A stretch of 63,248 nt of DNA, the filler included, from Octopus bimaculoides (lineage: Eukaryota), in the NCBI RefSeq assembly GCF_001194135.2. It is 9 parts of 8 records of this genome, joined end to end, with 100 filler letters (N's around TTAATTAATTAA, not from the genome) between each part and the next. Parts side by side here need not be neighbours in the genome. Positions count along the whole stretch, not along the records: positions 21,405 to 34,849 come from NC_068982.1; positions 34,950 to 39,461 come from NW_026421958.1; 7 more parts are not named here. One strand, written 5' to 3'. Below the pieces are notes generated by a model, which was not told where the DNA came from, made no database searches, and saw only the letters and a list, made by a program, of their open reading frames with translations. The first letter of the stretch is position 1. Every line of letters begins with the position of its first letter. The translations under genes were made by a program, and so were the position numbers. Shown here piece by piece: positions 24,640 to 37,990 of this stretch.

Positions 24640-27600
24640 TAACAAAACAAATTAACTGGTACTCGATCCTCCCAAAACACTGAAAATGGGTGAAAATCTG
24701 CCAGAAGAGGCGTAAAAAATAACGTAAATAAATCACCGCTCCCGCCATTGTTAAATTCGAGTGTGTCTCCAAACTGTGGAATACATCCAACTCAAAAACA
24801 CTTTCAAATTGCAATTCGCAAAACATTTTGCTGCTTTCTCGAAAATTTCGTTGAGCAACAGACTATTCTCAACAAGAGAAAAAATCCGACCGATCTAATG
24901 TTTAAGGTTATCAACAATGTTGTTGGAGAGCACATGGAATCATGTGGTGTTAATTACTGGAATATTAATACTCTTATATACACAGCCGTTATTACTCTTA
25001 AAGAACACCTAAGAGAAATCTACAGTGAACAAAGTAACGAAATTACTAAACGGAAACAACCTAGATGGAAAACAAAACTTGAAGAAAACATCAACAACAT
25101 GCTTCGCCATATTGGATGGTTAACTACAACAATAAAACGTAAGGGAAAAAATGAGTTTACACCTCACCAACTCTATCTTAGACAAAACCTAACGAAACTT
25201 TATGGCAACTCCTCACTCCGAGCTCTTGAAGGAAAGCTAATCACTTTAAAACTTGAAATTAGGACGATGAGCTAGAAACTCTGTTATCGCAAACGAATTT
25301 TTGAGCGAGCCAGAATCAATCGCAAGTTTGTTTCCAGCCCATAAGCATTGTTTAGAGAGATGAGGAAGGAAAATATTACCATTAAGAAAGCTCCTTCCTA
25401 AGAAGATCTACAATCATTCTGGTCAAAAATTTGAAACGAAATGAGGGGTTTCAACTTGAATGGATCATGGTTAAATACAATTGGGAGAGAATATTGTACC
25501 AACACTAACAGTAAAACATACAAAATTGGTGTAGAAACCTTCGCTATAGCAGCAGGCAAACTGCAGAATCGGAAGCTGACATTTTATAGAAACCAACTGA
25601 TATGTATGTTCAAAAGGACTATGGAAGGTCAGACTGATATACGAAATTGGACAAATCTTTTTGCCAAAAATGAAATCACCGAGATAGCAGGAAACTACTG
25701 GAAAACATTGCTTGCCTAAAAATTATGTACAAACTGTACACAAGTTGCCTCAACCAATTCCTGCAGGACCATTGTGAGTCGAACAACATTGTGACTGTTG
25801 AACAGGCTGGTGGAAAGAATAGAGCGTGGCGATATGCCGAAAATCTTTTAATAAACAAAACTGTACTGTCTGAAGTAAGAAAACAACGCAGAAACCTTGT
25901 GACAGTATGGATTGACTATAAGAAGGCGTTCGACTCTATCCCTCATTCATGGCTGCTGAAGTGCCTACATCTGACAAAAATACCTACCACTCTAATTACT
26001 GCTATAGAGAGTCTCACAAAGACATGGGCAACTACACTTACCCTTACAACTGAGAACAGAATAATTGTTACTAATAGTATAGACATTACAAAGGGAACGT
26101 TCCAGGGAGATAGTCTTTCTGTACTTCTTTTCATTTTGGCACTGAATCCATTATTGTTCCTACTGCAGAAAACAAATGGTTACATGCTAGGCTCTTCGAC
26201 TGCTAGAAATATCAATGTAACTCATAATTGCTTTGTAGACGACCTGAGGATTTATGATAAAAATGTTAACAATGACAAAAAAACAACTGGAATTAATAAC
26301 AACATTTTCAGCTAGTATAGCCATGGAATTTGGTCAAAAGAAATATTCATATTTGGTTATAAAACGTGGAAAGTCAGTCCCCCAAACTCAAAACCTGTGC
26401 ATCAACGGTCTCTCTATCTCCCCCATTCCACACAAAGAATGTTACTAGTACCTAGGCATAGACGAAAATATATCATATGAAGGCACTGTGAATAAAGATA
26501 GAGTGACCCGAAAATATTACATCAGACTTAGTAAAATATGGCAGTCGGAACTCTCTTCTTACAACGAAACAATATCCCACAATGCATTTGCAATACCAGT
26601 GCAGATCCCAATATTTGGGATACTTGATTGGTCTATAGAAGAAATCCACTCCATAAAAAGTCGCAAAATCCTGACAACAACTGGGAACTTCCACGGAAAC
26701 AATGATGTTGACAGGCTCTACCTAAGAAGAAATGAAAGTGGAAAGAGGTTGAGGTTAGTGCAGACGGACTTCGAATGCCGTATGGTATCACTCAGGCAGC
26801 ACCTGCTAAACAACAGTAGAAGAAAAAAAATATTAATGCAGTCCTGAAAAGTGAAGAAGAGTAGCATTGTACAAGTTGGCAGTGAACTCCTCAAGAAACA
26901 CTCTCTTCCTGATGATCTCCTATACAGCCCCAAAACAGCTGGGCTCTCTTACCTCAAAGAAGACCTGGATGGAAAGCAAGCAACATACAAAAAAAGACCA
27001 TGCATGTTTATGTTGCCCGGAAGCTAGAAGAAGACAGTAGAATTGACACGAAGCGCAGCCTTTCTTGGAGACAAGACCACTACATCACACGACACTTTGA
27101 AAGCTATGCTCTTGCAATCCAGGAACAGGAGATTTCCACAAAGTGCCTAGTAAACAAGAGAGACTGTGATGCTCTTGTAATCCCAAGGTGCAGCCACATG
27201 TGTAGGCTATGTCATGTTTCTGGGAAGACATTACGCATGTGATTAGCAGCTGTCCTAAAATATCGTCACGATACTATCTTCCTATGCGGCACGATGTTGT
27301 TGCTAAAACAATTTACAATGCTATCCACAAAAAAGACTGTCCTGAAATAAACTTAGAAAATCCCTCTGTTATGGAATACATTCATAAACATCAACTCAAG
27401 GAGTGCTGGTGGAATATTCCCATCAATCCTTCTGTCAAATGTAAGCATAACATCCCGGATATTGTTGTTTGGGACAGAGGGGCAAAGGTATGTACCATCA
27501 TAGAGGTTAGCTGCCTTGCAGATACATATATCTCTTTGAAAATCAAAGAAGAGGAGGATGTCTATGGACAACTGCTTCGAAACCTCCGGCTACTATATCT

Positions 27601-27888
27601 AGACTATGAATTCATATTCATACCAATAATAATTGGATCACTAGGTTTTGTTAGTAAATACTTAAAGGAGAATCTTGATAAACTGGGATTTTCAGAAAGA
27701 GAAATTGACCAGCTGATTCGTGCATTACAAGTGCAATTTGTGAGTGGAACAGTAAAAATATGCAAGACTTTTCTCAAGTTCCAAATGTGAATTTGTCTGT
27801 GTCAACTACATCCCAAAGATAGAGCCTTGTATCCCTGTTGGAAACCGGGTCCCTCCTGAGTGGAAGATTTATGATAATTAAGAAATAG

Positions 27889-27890
<2 letters not shown>
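24640..27890 (+). mobile_element. Near full-length decayed R4/Dong non-LTR retrotransposon (RT, CCHC knuckle, RLE)
   Basis: ORF pieces WNINTLIYTA...PRWKTKLE; WIDYKKAFDSIPHSWL...GTFQGDSLSVLLF...FVDD; CRLC...HVISSC...RHDVVA...NIPDIVVWD...IIEVSC; many stops and frameshifts. Confidence 0.92.
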
Positions 27891-27958
<68 letters not shown>

Positions 27959-28049
27959 CTCTCTCACAAACACACACACAGACACACACACACACATGCA
28001 CACACACATACATACATACATACATACATACATACATACATACATACAT

Positions 28050-29240
28050 ACCTCGGTATTGAGGAAAACATATTATACGAAGGTACTGTTTATATGTCAG
28101 TACTACTCTCTTGCAACAGGGCAATGTCCCGCAATGCATTTGCAGTACCAGTGCAAATGGGATACTTAACTGGTCTGTTGACGAAGCTCCCTCTATAGAA
28201 ATTAACGCGCAGGATCCTAACATCAACTGAAAACTTTTACATCAATAGTGATATCGACAGGTTCTACCTAAGAATAGATGAAGGTGGTAGAGGTTTGAGA
28301 TCAGAGCAGAAAGTCTTCGAATGTCGTATAGCGTCTCTCAGACAACACCTGATATAAAGCAACAGTAGAAATAAATACATAAACTTTGCACTGAAAAGTG
28401 AAGAAAAAACATTCTAAGTATCAGCAGTGAGCTTCCCAAGAAGCTCTCACTTCCTGATGACATTTCATACAATCCCAACCAGCCGCACGAACCTCAAAGG
28501 AGACCAGGTCGTGAAACACTCAGCATATCAAATTAATAAATAAAGCGATTTAAACATGACAGTAATATCGATATGAAGAACAGCCTTTCTTGAACTCGTG
28601 ACCACTGCACACCGCATTTCGAAAGTAACGCAATTGCAATCCAAGAACAGGAAATTGCGAGAAAACACCGAATAAACAAGAGATTATGAAGCCCTCGAAG
28701 CAACAAGATGCAACCCAAACCATCGATTGTGTAACATTTCTATGGAAGATATCATACATGTGATCAGCGCTGCCCCAAAATGTCATCAAGGTACTGCATC
28801 CCAATGCAAAACGTAGTTGTTAAAACAAATAATACCATCCGAAAAAAATACTGTTCTGAGATAAATATAGAGAACTTCTCTGTTATTGAATACATACATA
28901 AACATCAACATGAGCAATATGGTTGAGACATTTCCATCAAAACTTCTACCAAGTGGAAACATAACAGGCCTGATATTGTTAAGAAAATCAAAGAGAAAGA
29001 AGATAATTACAGGCAATTGTTTTGAAACATCCAACTTCTATAACCGGATTATGAATTCATATTTATACTAATAATAATTATTGCTCTTGGTTTTATGCAC
29101 AATCTGTGAACGGAACTGTAAAAATATGACGGACATTCCTCGCGGTCAAAATGTGAATTTGTTTTTCGTTATCTATATTCCAACGAAGGTGATTTGTGTC
29201 TTTTGTTAGAAACCAGTGCTTCTTTAAAGGAAAACTTCAG
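28050..29240 (+). mobile_element. Second, more decayed 5'-truncated R4/Dong copy in tandem
   Basis: Collinear with 26450-27860 (aatgcatttgca..ccagtgca, gacagg..ctacctaagaa, ttcgaatg, aaatgtgaatttgt). Confidence 0.8.
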
Positions 29241-29465
29241 ATAATTAGAAATGGAAGTAGAAATGGAAGAGAACTTACATACATAGCGATATTCCATACG
29301 AGAGAACGTGGCATTGAACACGTGATAGGAATTACATATGTATTTTTAATGACAATTTGACTCAGCTCCATTTGACTAAAATTTCAACTCATCATACACG
29401 CATACTTACGTACACACATGCAAGACAAGACAGCTCAGTTACAAACAGGCTGAGAAATATATGTA

Positions 29466-30524
29466 TTAGGTTATTCCATAAATGATGCGGTTCTTTTATA
29501 CTTCTTTTATTTTTCTAAACCAAGATAAACAAAGTTCATTTTTAATCCAAAATATACTTTCCTTCATTTTCTACAATGCTCTTCCATCTATCTGGTAGAC
29601 TTGCAAGGCTCCTCTTCCAAAATTCACTTGTCCTTGACGAAAGCTACTCTCCCAGTACTGTTCTGACCTCGTCTACAGAATTCATATTTTTTACGTCCAA
29701 ATGATTTTGAAGACTGCAAAATAAATGATAATCATATGGGGCAATGTCCGGCGAATATGGTGGGTGGTTCATCGTTTCAAACTGCTCCATCCCTAGGAAT
29801 GTCATCCTCGCTGTATGGGACCGAGAATTATCCTGATAAAAGAATACATTTCGTTTTGAAACCAAAGATGGTTGTTTTTCTTCCAGTGCTGATTTATGCT
29901 GCCCAAGCTGCTGGCAGTAGATCTCCTTTGTTATCGTTTGGTTTGGGTTTAAAACTTCAAAGTGGACTCAACCTTTCATATCCCACCGAACAGATAACAA
30001 CACCTTACATTGGTGAAGACCTTCTCCAACTTGGAGTGCCGGTGTTTCTCTTTTCTCTACCCACTGTGTTCGGCGTTTGACATTTCCATAGAAAATCCAT
30101 TTCTCGTCACCAGTCACTATTCGGTCCAAAATATATTCGTTCGTGAGAGATGAGAGCAACGAAGAGCACACATTCACTGTCTGCGCGCGATTAGATTCGG
30201 AAAGTTTGTGAGGAACCCATTGACCCAATTTGCTGACTTTTCCGATGGCATGCAGGTGTCGATGAATGATTGAATGACCAAATCCAAGATTCTCCGCTAG
30301 TTCCTCAACGGTTACGTTAGGATTTTGTTCCATTAGGGTTTACAGGGCGTCCTCATCGAGCTCTACAGATCTTCTAGGACATGTCTCGTCTTCTAGGCTG
30401 TAGTTTCCGGTAAAATTACTACAAGCTTTTATAGCAAATTGATGCAGGCTGTTTATTCCGTCACCTCCGACTTTTGGTTCATGCAATTGAAAAAAAAAGC
30501 GCATTATTTATGGGATATAAAATA
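29466..30524 (-). mobile_element. Mariner (DD34D) transposon, internally deleted, with imperfect TIRs
   Basis: WVPHKL, TGDEKW, QDN and HPPYSPDIAPYDY motifs; left end ttaggttattccataaatgatgcg after TA, right end cgcattatttatgggatataa. Confidence 0.9.
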
Positions 30525-30758
30525 ATATATATATANNNNNNNNNNNNNNNNNNNNNNNNNNNNNNNNNNNNNNNNNNNNNNNNNNNNNNNNNNNNNNNNT
30601 GTATATATATATATATATGTATATATATATAAATTTGGTGCATAACATATTTGAGGACAGAATTCTGTTTATAAAAAAAAAGCACATATATAATAACAAA
30701 TAAATTCATTTATCAAAAAATGCTATGAGGATAACATTAAACCCTCTTTTCTATAATG

Positions 30759-30952
30759 TTATTCAATAAAGCCATCTTCAGCTTCAACAATTGCTTCTAT
30801 ATGAGATCTAAATCATCTACATGCTAGAATCAAGTGGTCCTGGTTCATTTTGGACATCACTCTGACTATGGCAGCTTTCAAAGAATCTTTGGTGCTATGG
30901 GTGTGTTCATTGACCTCTCTCTCTCGACAACACTCCACATGTAATAGTCCAA
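30759..30952 (-). pseudogene. Tc1/mariner (maT-like) transposase C-terminal relic
   Basis: Minus-strand translation LDYYMWSVVER...EVNEHTHSTKDSLKAAIVRVMSKMNQDHLILACR*FRSHIEAIVEAEDGFIE*. Confidence 0.75.
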
Positions 30953-31247
30953 TAGATACCAGTAAGGTTCCAAAAGCTAAGTCTGTTCATTTATTTTTCT
31001 ATCTGCAGAGAAATAGTTTATATATCTCCTACACAGGATATATGATATATAAAATATCTTATAGATGAGTTTTGTTTCTCTTTTTCCCTGAGAAGATTGC
31101 ATTGTTTTACGTCATTTTATTCCTTCTGGAATAATACCAATGTTTTTTTCGAAACATATGTCGGAAGTATAAGGATTTGAATAGCACCTGCTTTCAACTG
31201 CATTTATTTATTAATATATGATATATAAATATAAAATATGTATATAA

Positions 31248-31356
<109 letters not shown>

Positions 31357-34200
31357 ATACACACATAAACCTTCATAGTATGAAGGGGTGCATTGTGTAG
31401 GGAAATGAAAAGCTGAAGTCTTTGAGTTGAAATTTTGAACTATATTTAGTCTCACCATTCGATCTTATGAATTAGCCCTCAATCTCTGGTGTGACCATAT
31501 TCCATTTCTCAGAGTTGTTGAATATATGCCCCTATTTTACTGTTTCTAGGCTTAGTCCATTAAAATTCATTTGCAATTTGGCTTTGTGTTTACGCAAAGA
31601 AAAAAAAAATTAATATTAATTATTTGACAAAAGAAAATATTTCCTTTATCATGCATGCTAGTTTTGTACATAATATTGCATTTAGTGATTTTTAAATAAA
31701 AAATCTCTTAGAATATGTAAATATGAGGAATATATTAAATCCGAGGATTTCTGTTTGATTTCCTAAACCAAAATGTTTTGGATTTCTATTTTCTATACTA
31801 AGACAAAAGAGTAAGGGATAATATAAAAGAACATTGGATAGGTAAATATTACAAAAAACAAAACTGACTTTTTCCCTCTAGCTGAAATCAATAAAATGCA
31901 GTTGAGAAGAAATGATAGATAAACCAAAATTGTAAATAAAGAATTCACAGCTGTAAGTCATAAATGGAAAGAAGAGTAATAGGAGACTAAGACTGAGTAG
32001 GAGAATAAACAAATGACATGAGTGGAAGTAAAGACGAATATCTCCACAAACTCCAATTATAGATTAGACAGCAGATACACAGTAACCTGTTAGATTCTGT
32101 GTTGATCTTCCAGACACAAATTCACATAAATTCAGATAAATTCACAAGGAATTATATGTTGTTTATATTGCCTACTTACTTAATTTTATTCGTCATATAT
32201 CTCACAAGAAAACAACTGTTTCTGTGATTAGGTTTAAAAACAAAAGAATAAATTTTAGGTAGCTTAGATGTAAAAGTCTAAAATTGTCCTCACGGACACG
32301 GCTTATTAAAAGATGTATGGGAATTAAGGGCAAAGAATACACTATTTGGGCTGTGGAAATCTCCATCTAGGGAGACACTTGAAACATACAACCAACATAT
32401 AATGTTCATAACCCAGTCGGCATTGTTTACTGACTCAGTAAGATTATATTTTTTAAACTTTTATTTTCATTCAATAACTAGTAATACCTTTTCAGTAAAG
32501 TTATTTCTCTAAATAAGTCTATTTTTCTATATCAACCACTATACATGGTTGTACATTCACTTGATACGGTAATATAGTCGAATGGTCAAGAAGTTCACTT
32601 TGCACTCAAGAGGTCCTGCGTTCGATTACACTCTGTGAGATCTTGGGCAAGTGTAATTTTATATAGTCCAGAGTTGTCTTATGTCTTGCAAGTGAAAATT
32701 GGTACAGGGCAGAGCAAATGAGAGATTGCATCTATAATCAAAATACACTGCTTTGTAACCCTGTGTTACACTGATTTCGCACTGTGATGTCGTTCTCCTT
32801 TAATAACACATACGGAACTGTGTCTCGTACATGGTTAAATAATGAGTTTATGATGAATAATGTTTTTAAATTACCACATGGTTTTATAATTAGCTTTTTA
32901 ATGCTACTTCTATGAAGAATATTAACACTAATTTAATTAACGTTTTGATATTTGATTTGTCAAATTTCCCAAATTTCAACTAAACTCCGTGTTTGCTGAT
33001 TTCCGTAATTAAAAAAGTTTTATTTCTAATTGTTATTGTTTAAATCAATGCCACGATGTCCCAGAAAACCTTTTATCAAAGGATTTCCATCCGTGTCCAA
33101 CTATTCTTCACATTTAACCTTTGTCTTTTGTTTCATTTCTTTTCAAAAATTATTTCATAAGTAAAAACTTCGATAAATTTATCCATTGTTTAGCTATAGA
33201 ACTGTGCAAGGGTAAATTATTGTCTTCTATATTTGAATATCATTCCATTCACCGAGTACAGAAGCAACACGAAAAGCTATGAGACACGTACAGTCCACAT
33301 GTTGCATTTAAGTTTGTAGCTAGGAGACATAACTCTTTATTTGTAAATGAATTGCTCCAGATGTTGAGTGGGTTCATTTTTGAGAGTAGAGATTGGAAAG
33401 AGAAAGGCTCTTCATGCAAATCTGTACTTGATAAATGATAGCAAAAAAGAAAGAAAAGACAAAAACTAAATGAATTTTAGAATGAATAGTCCATTCTATT
33501 TAGTTTTAAGTTTACATACTCATTTAAACTTTTACATTTTTAAGCCACTTTTATGATTTTATTCTATCACAGTACAGCGCATCTGTTGTGTACTTATAAA
33601 CACATTTTATATTCTTATATGCTTCATTTAAGCGGTCTTATCAAAGAATGTTCCTTTCTTTATTTGTTCCTTATTTTTACAAATATAAGGCTTTATGTAT
33701 AACGTGTCCTTTTTATATGTTTGAGACATTCTAAATTGCATCCAGAAAAGAGTTTTCTGACGAAGAACATCTAATCCCGTGCAGACAATTTCCCCACGGA
33801 GTTTACCCATTTGTTTATATTCTTCTCATTACTCTTGTTATATCAAACCCACCAGGTCTCGCACCAATCATTATATCCAGTCTTACCTTTTAATCCTACC
33901 CGAAATATCATCCCTTAAGAACTCGCTCCTTGTTTTTATTTCTTCTGCGGGATTTATGTGAGACATTAATAACATCATTTTCATCAGTACCGAGGGGTAT
34001 GAAAAATTCTCATGCAGTGCCCCATTCTGCAGACCTAGTAAGTATAAAAATGTTGGGTGTGATTCGCGAGAAATTTATATACTATTCGCTGCAGGTTGAG
34101 CGTCCACGTATGGGCTCCTCTACTATGTCAGAATATTGTGCTACGTGTAATCATAATACATGGTTGATTATCAGATTTTATTGTTTGGAACAACTATATA

Positions 34201-34272
<72 letters not shown>

Positions 34273-34533
34273 AAAGCACTCGGAAGTTTGGGCCTACAGA
34301 CAGGCCATGCGCGACACCCTTAAAGCCAGAAACATTTCAGCATCCTTTATATCAAATCCAGTTTAAGCCGTAGATCCCAAAGTGGGTTGGTCCTTGGAGT
34401 GCCACAGGTATAAGTTAAGCACAAATGGTAGATGATATGTTATGATATAATCTTTTATGAATGCTTTAATAAAGTTCTACCGAAACACACTTGGCGTAAA
34501 TTATAAACGCCATTTGTGCTTGCTTTATATACG

Positions 34534-34567
<34 letters not shown>

Positions 34568-34636
34568 TGTATGTATGCATGTATGTATGTATGTATGCAT
34601 GTATGCGTGTATATATGTATGTATGTATGTATCTAC

Positions 34637-34668
<32 letters not shown>

Positions 34669-34740
34669 ATGTGTGTGTGTGAGTGTGTATAGATATGCTG
34701 GTGTAAACAGGAGAAATAGAATTTAAAAAATGTGTATATG

Positions 34741-34831
34741 TATATTTTTATTAATATTTAGCGGAAGTAACAGAGTGACTCAAGTTCCGAGAGTTACTCT
34801 GTTACTTCTGCTAAATATTAATAAGAATATA
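34741..34831 (+). other. 41-bp inverted repeat hairpin with 9-nt loop (palindromic MITE-like)
   Basis: 34741-34781 pairs with 34791-34831; the three non-Watson-Crick positions are all G-U on the + strand. Confidence 0.85.
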
Positions 34832-35006
34832 TATATATATATATATATANNNNNNNNNNNNNNNNNNNNNNNNNNNNNNNNNNNNNNNNNNNNTTAATTA
34901 ATTAANNNNNNNNNNNNNNNNNNNNNNNNNNNNNNNNNNNNNNNNNNNNATACATATATATACATACACGTACACACACGCGCGCACACACACACACGCG
35001 CGCACG

Positions 35007-35050
<44 letters not shown>

Positions 35051-37900
35051 TACACGCGCTTATTTATTTAGGGAGGATTTAGATGAGTAATGATCTGTTG
35101 GAAAATGTATTATAGCAACAGTACCTTGCACTATGCTTATTAATTAGTATATTGAGTGCAAAGTAAATTTGACCAGTTTTTAGAAAACTGGAATTCTGAG
35201 CAAATATTACGCTTTTCCCACGCTAAGAAATTTTTGAAGTATTATCTTTGATATAGCTGACCAATAAATCTATAGAAAACTTTATGTGCAATAGGTGGAT
35301 CTTTTTTGCCGTGTTTTGTTTTCGGATTGTTTACTTTTAGAAGCCATCATTTATACAAGATAAATAGCAGTTTTAGGGAATGGCCAAGTGTAGAATTATC
35401 CATTTGTACATATTTATTCTCTGGTAGTGTTGATGATGCTGATGACGATATTGTTGTACAGAGAAACTTCGAACGAAGACATACGACCATTCATCACAAA
35501 TAAATTGGTTAATATGTATGAATCAAATACGTAAATGTGTTTACATGCACTCTAATAACCGTGTTAGAGTAGGTCTTTCATTATGACTGATAGGCTAGCC
35601 TAGTAACAGCACACGTTCTTTTTTAATTTGGCTATTGTAGGCAACCATTTTAAAAGACATCTATTCATTCCAGTTAGTTCCAACAAGGGTTGTTTTAACA
35701 GTATTTTATTTTTTGCTTATTTTTTGTTTCCCATGATGTCAGCTTAGGCCTATCTGACTCAACTACTACCGCCATCAGCAGCTATGTTTAAATTCCTAAG
35801 CTGGGGGTTTGGGGTTGACAACTAATAGAATCCAATAATTTATCTACAGCAAAAGGGATACGCTGATCAGAATCAGTTCTAAAGTCACGTTCAGCAGTAA
35901 ACGGCCTTATCGTCTATCATTCTGTCTTAGCCTTTCTTTATAGCGACAAGAAAAGCAACAAAATGTTTCTTGAAGGAATGTTTGTATTAACAGGTGAGAA
36001 TAACCCACTTTGTTTTTTGTTTTTTTAAATATTTTGATATATTTTTAGTTTAAACAGTCCAGTTTATATTTCGAAGAGAGTCTTTTACAGTGCCTAATTT
36101 AAAAAGAAACTTCAAACAAAGAAAAAGAAAAAAAACACGCATAAATTTATCTGTGTAAAAGAAATAATATGCAGTGAATAGGATTAAATAAAGCTATGCT
36201 GGGAGTTCGTTTTAGCCATCACGGCTTCTCTTTGTTGGAAATCATCTTATAATTTTTAAACGTTACTTTTATCTATCAAATCCCTTCAGCAAAACAAAAT
36301 TGTTCTCATTCATTTTTTGCTTTATATATAAAAAAAACTACTTTTTATAAAATAAACACTGTTTCATTATGTTAATTTTCATTTTCACTTATTCAGTTAG
36401 CGAAATACCTTTTTACAACCTACATTATAAAAAATTTATTTCCAATATATTTGTCATTTTGATTTTTATAAAATGTATATTATGTTCGTTTGAATGTATT
36501 GGAAGTAAAGTAAGCAGAAATGTTTTTAAAATGCTATACATTTGCTAAAAGTGTATCAAACACATATCAAGATGCCTGCTTCCAATACTGTTTGTTGTTT
36601 CGAATTTCTCACGGACCATACCTTGCATTCTGTATAAAACGAAGAACACTTAAGATAGGTCAATTCTTGATATACTAATCCAAGAAAGAAACGCAGTACG
36701 CCAGTTAAACGATGAAATGCATATGCTTTCACTCGGTGAACGTACATCTTGCACAATAGATCTGTGAATCCCAAATCGTCATTCGACGATTACCTACGTG
36801 CCACAAGTCTGCATAACTAAGGATTTCCTGGAGCTGTACGAAACAAATGGATACAGTGTTTCCTGCTTAAAAATAGCCATCAGCATTCCAGTTAGGTTGT
36901 AGCACAATAATTGTTTAATGGGCATAAACAGCCTAAACCATTGGAAGCATGACTATTTTGTGGCGGAATCCTCATTAAAACTTCCAGACTCGCAGAATAC
37001 ACCCCTATATTGTACTGCCAAAAACAAATTTGAGGAAGAAAATTTATTCTTATAAAAAACATTATAATTTTGAAATTGGTAAAAGAAAAAGACCTCCTTA
37101 TTTCGGGGAATTCCACAAGTTTTTCAGGGAGACTTGTGGTCCACAGAATACACATTGGGAAATACTGGCCGAAACAAAAACTCCGGAAGCTTATTAAGTA
37201 TTATACAATAAAATTTTTAAATATCAAAAAATATACATAAAATTCATTTGGTAAAAACTAAAAGAACGAGAGGTGACAAACTACAGGAACACTAAATCTA
37301 CTGGAGATTGTTCCTTTATTCTGAACATTCGTGGACTCCGGTCCAACCTGCACCACACTGATCACCTGTCGCTTCAAAGACTTTCTGAGGGGCGATGTTT
37401 ATAAATTTATTCTTCCAGTCAGCCTGTGTATGAGCAAAAGGAATTTTCATTTACTTAGGCTCAGAAATCTCCCTTCTCTGTATTTCTAAATTCATCTGAT
37501 GTCTTTGAACTCTCTAACCGCCTACAATTGTTCCACTATGTTTCGTACGGCATGAAAAATATGTTTTCATTCACTTCATTCCTATCTAAAGTAGTCATTT
37601 TCTGAGACGTCAATATTCTCAACTCTTCTTAGTTTCTGCACTCTTATATCGATACTGCTAGAGCGGAAGCTGAATCGTTTGCAATACTGAACTCTCTGCA
37701 ACAATTAATATTTCTGACTTCTAAAGAACCATGCCATCTTTATCCTTTCTAACGTCATCTTTATTAAACAAACACCATCCCTCTACGTATCGGCTCATCC
37801 GACCATTGCCCAATCTGTTACCACTACACATCCACATACTCTTGAAAAGAACTGAGCAAGCCGGCTGAAATCATCCTCTTAAGCAAAACACTTCACTTTT

Positions 37901-37990
37901 CTTATAGTTACAAGTCCTCTTATAGTTACAAGTCCTCTTATAGTTACAAGTCCTTTTATAGTTACAAGTCCTTCTAGTTACAAGTCCTCC
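37901..37990. repeat. 18-bp minisatellite (cttatagttacaagtcct), about 4.5 units
   Basis: Visible; gives RTCNYK repeats in the minus ORF. Confidence 0.9.

Noticed and set aside
24600-24760. HDV-like ribozyme expected at the 5' end of R4-clade elements
   Set aside because: No nested double-pseudoknot pairing could be identified by eye; the true 5' end may be missing.
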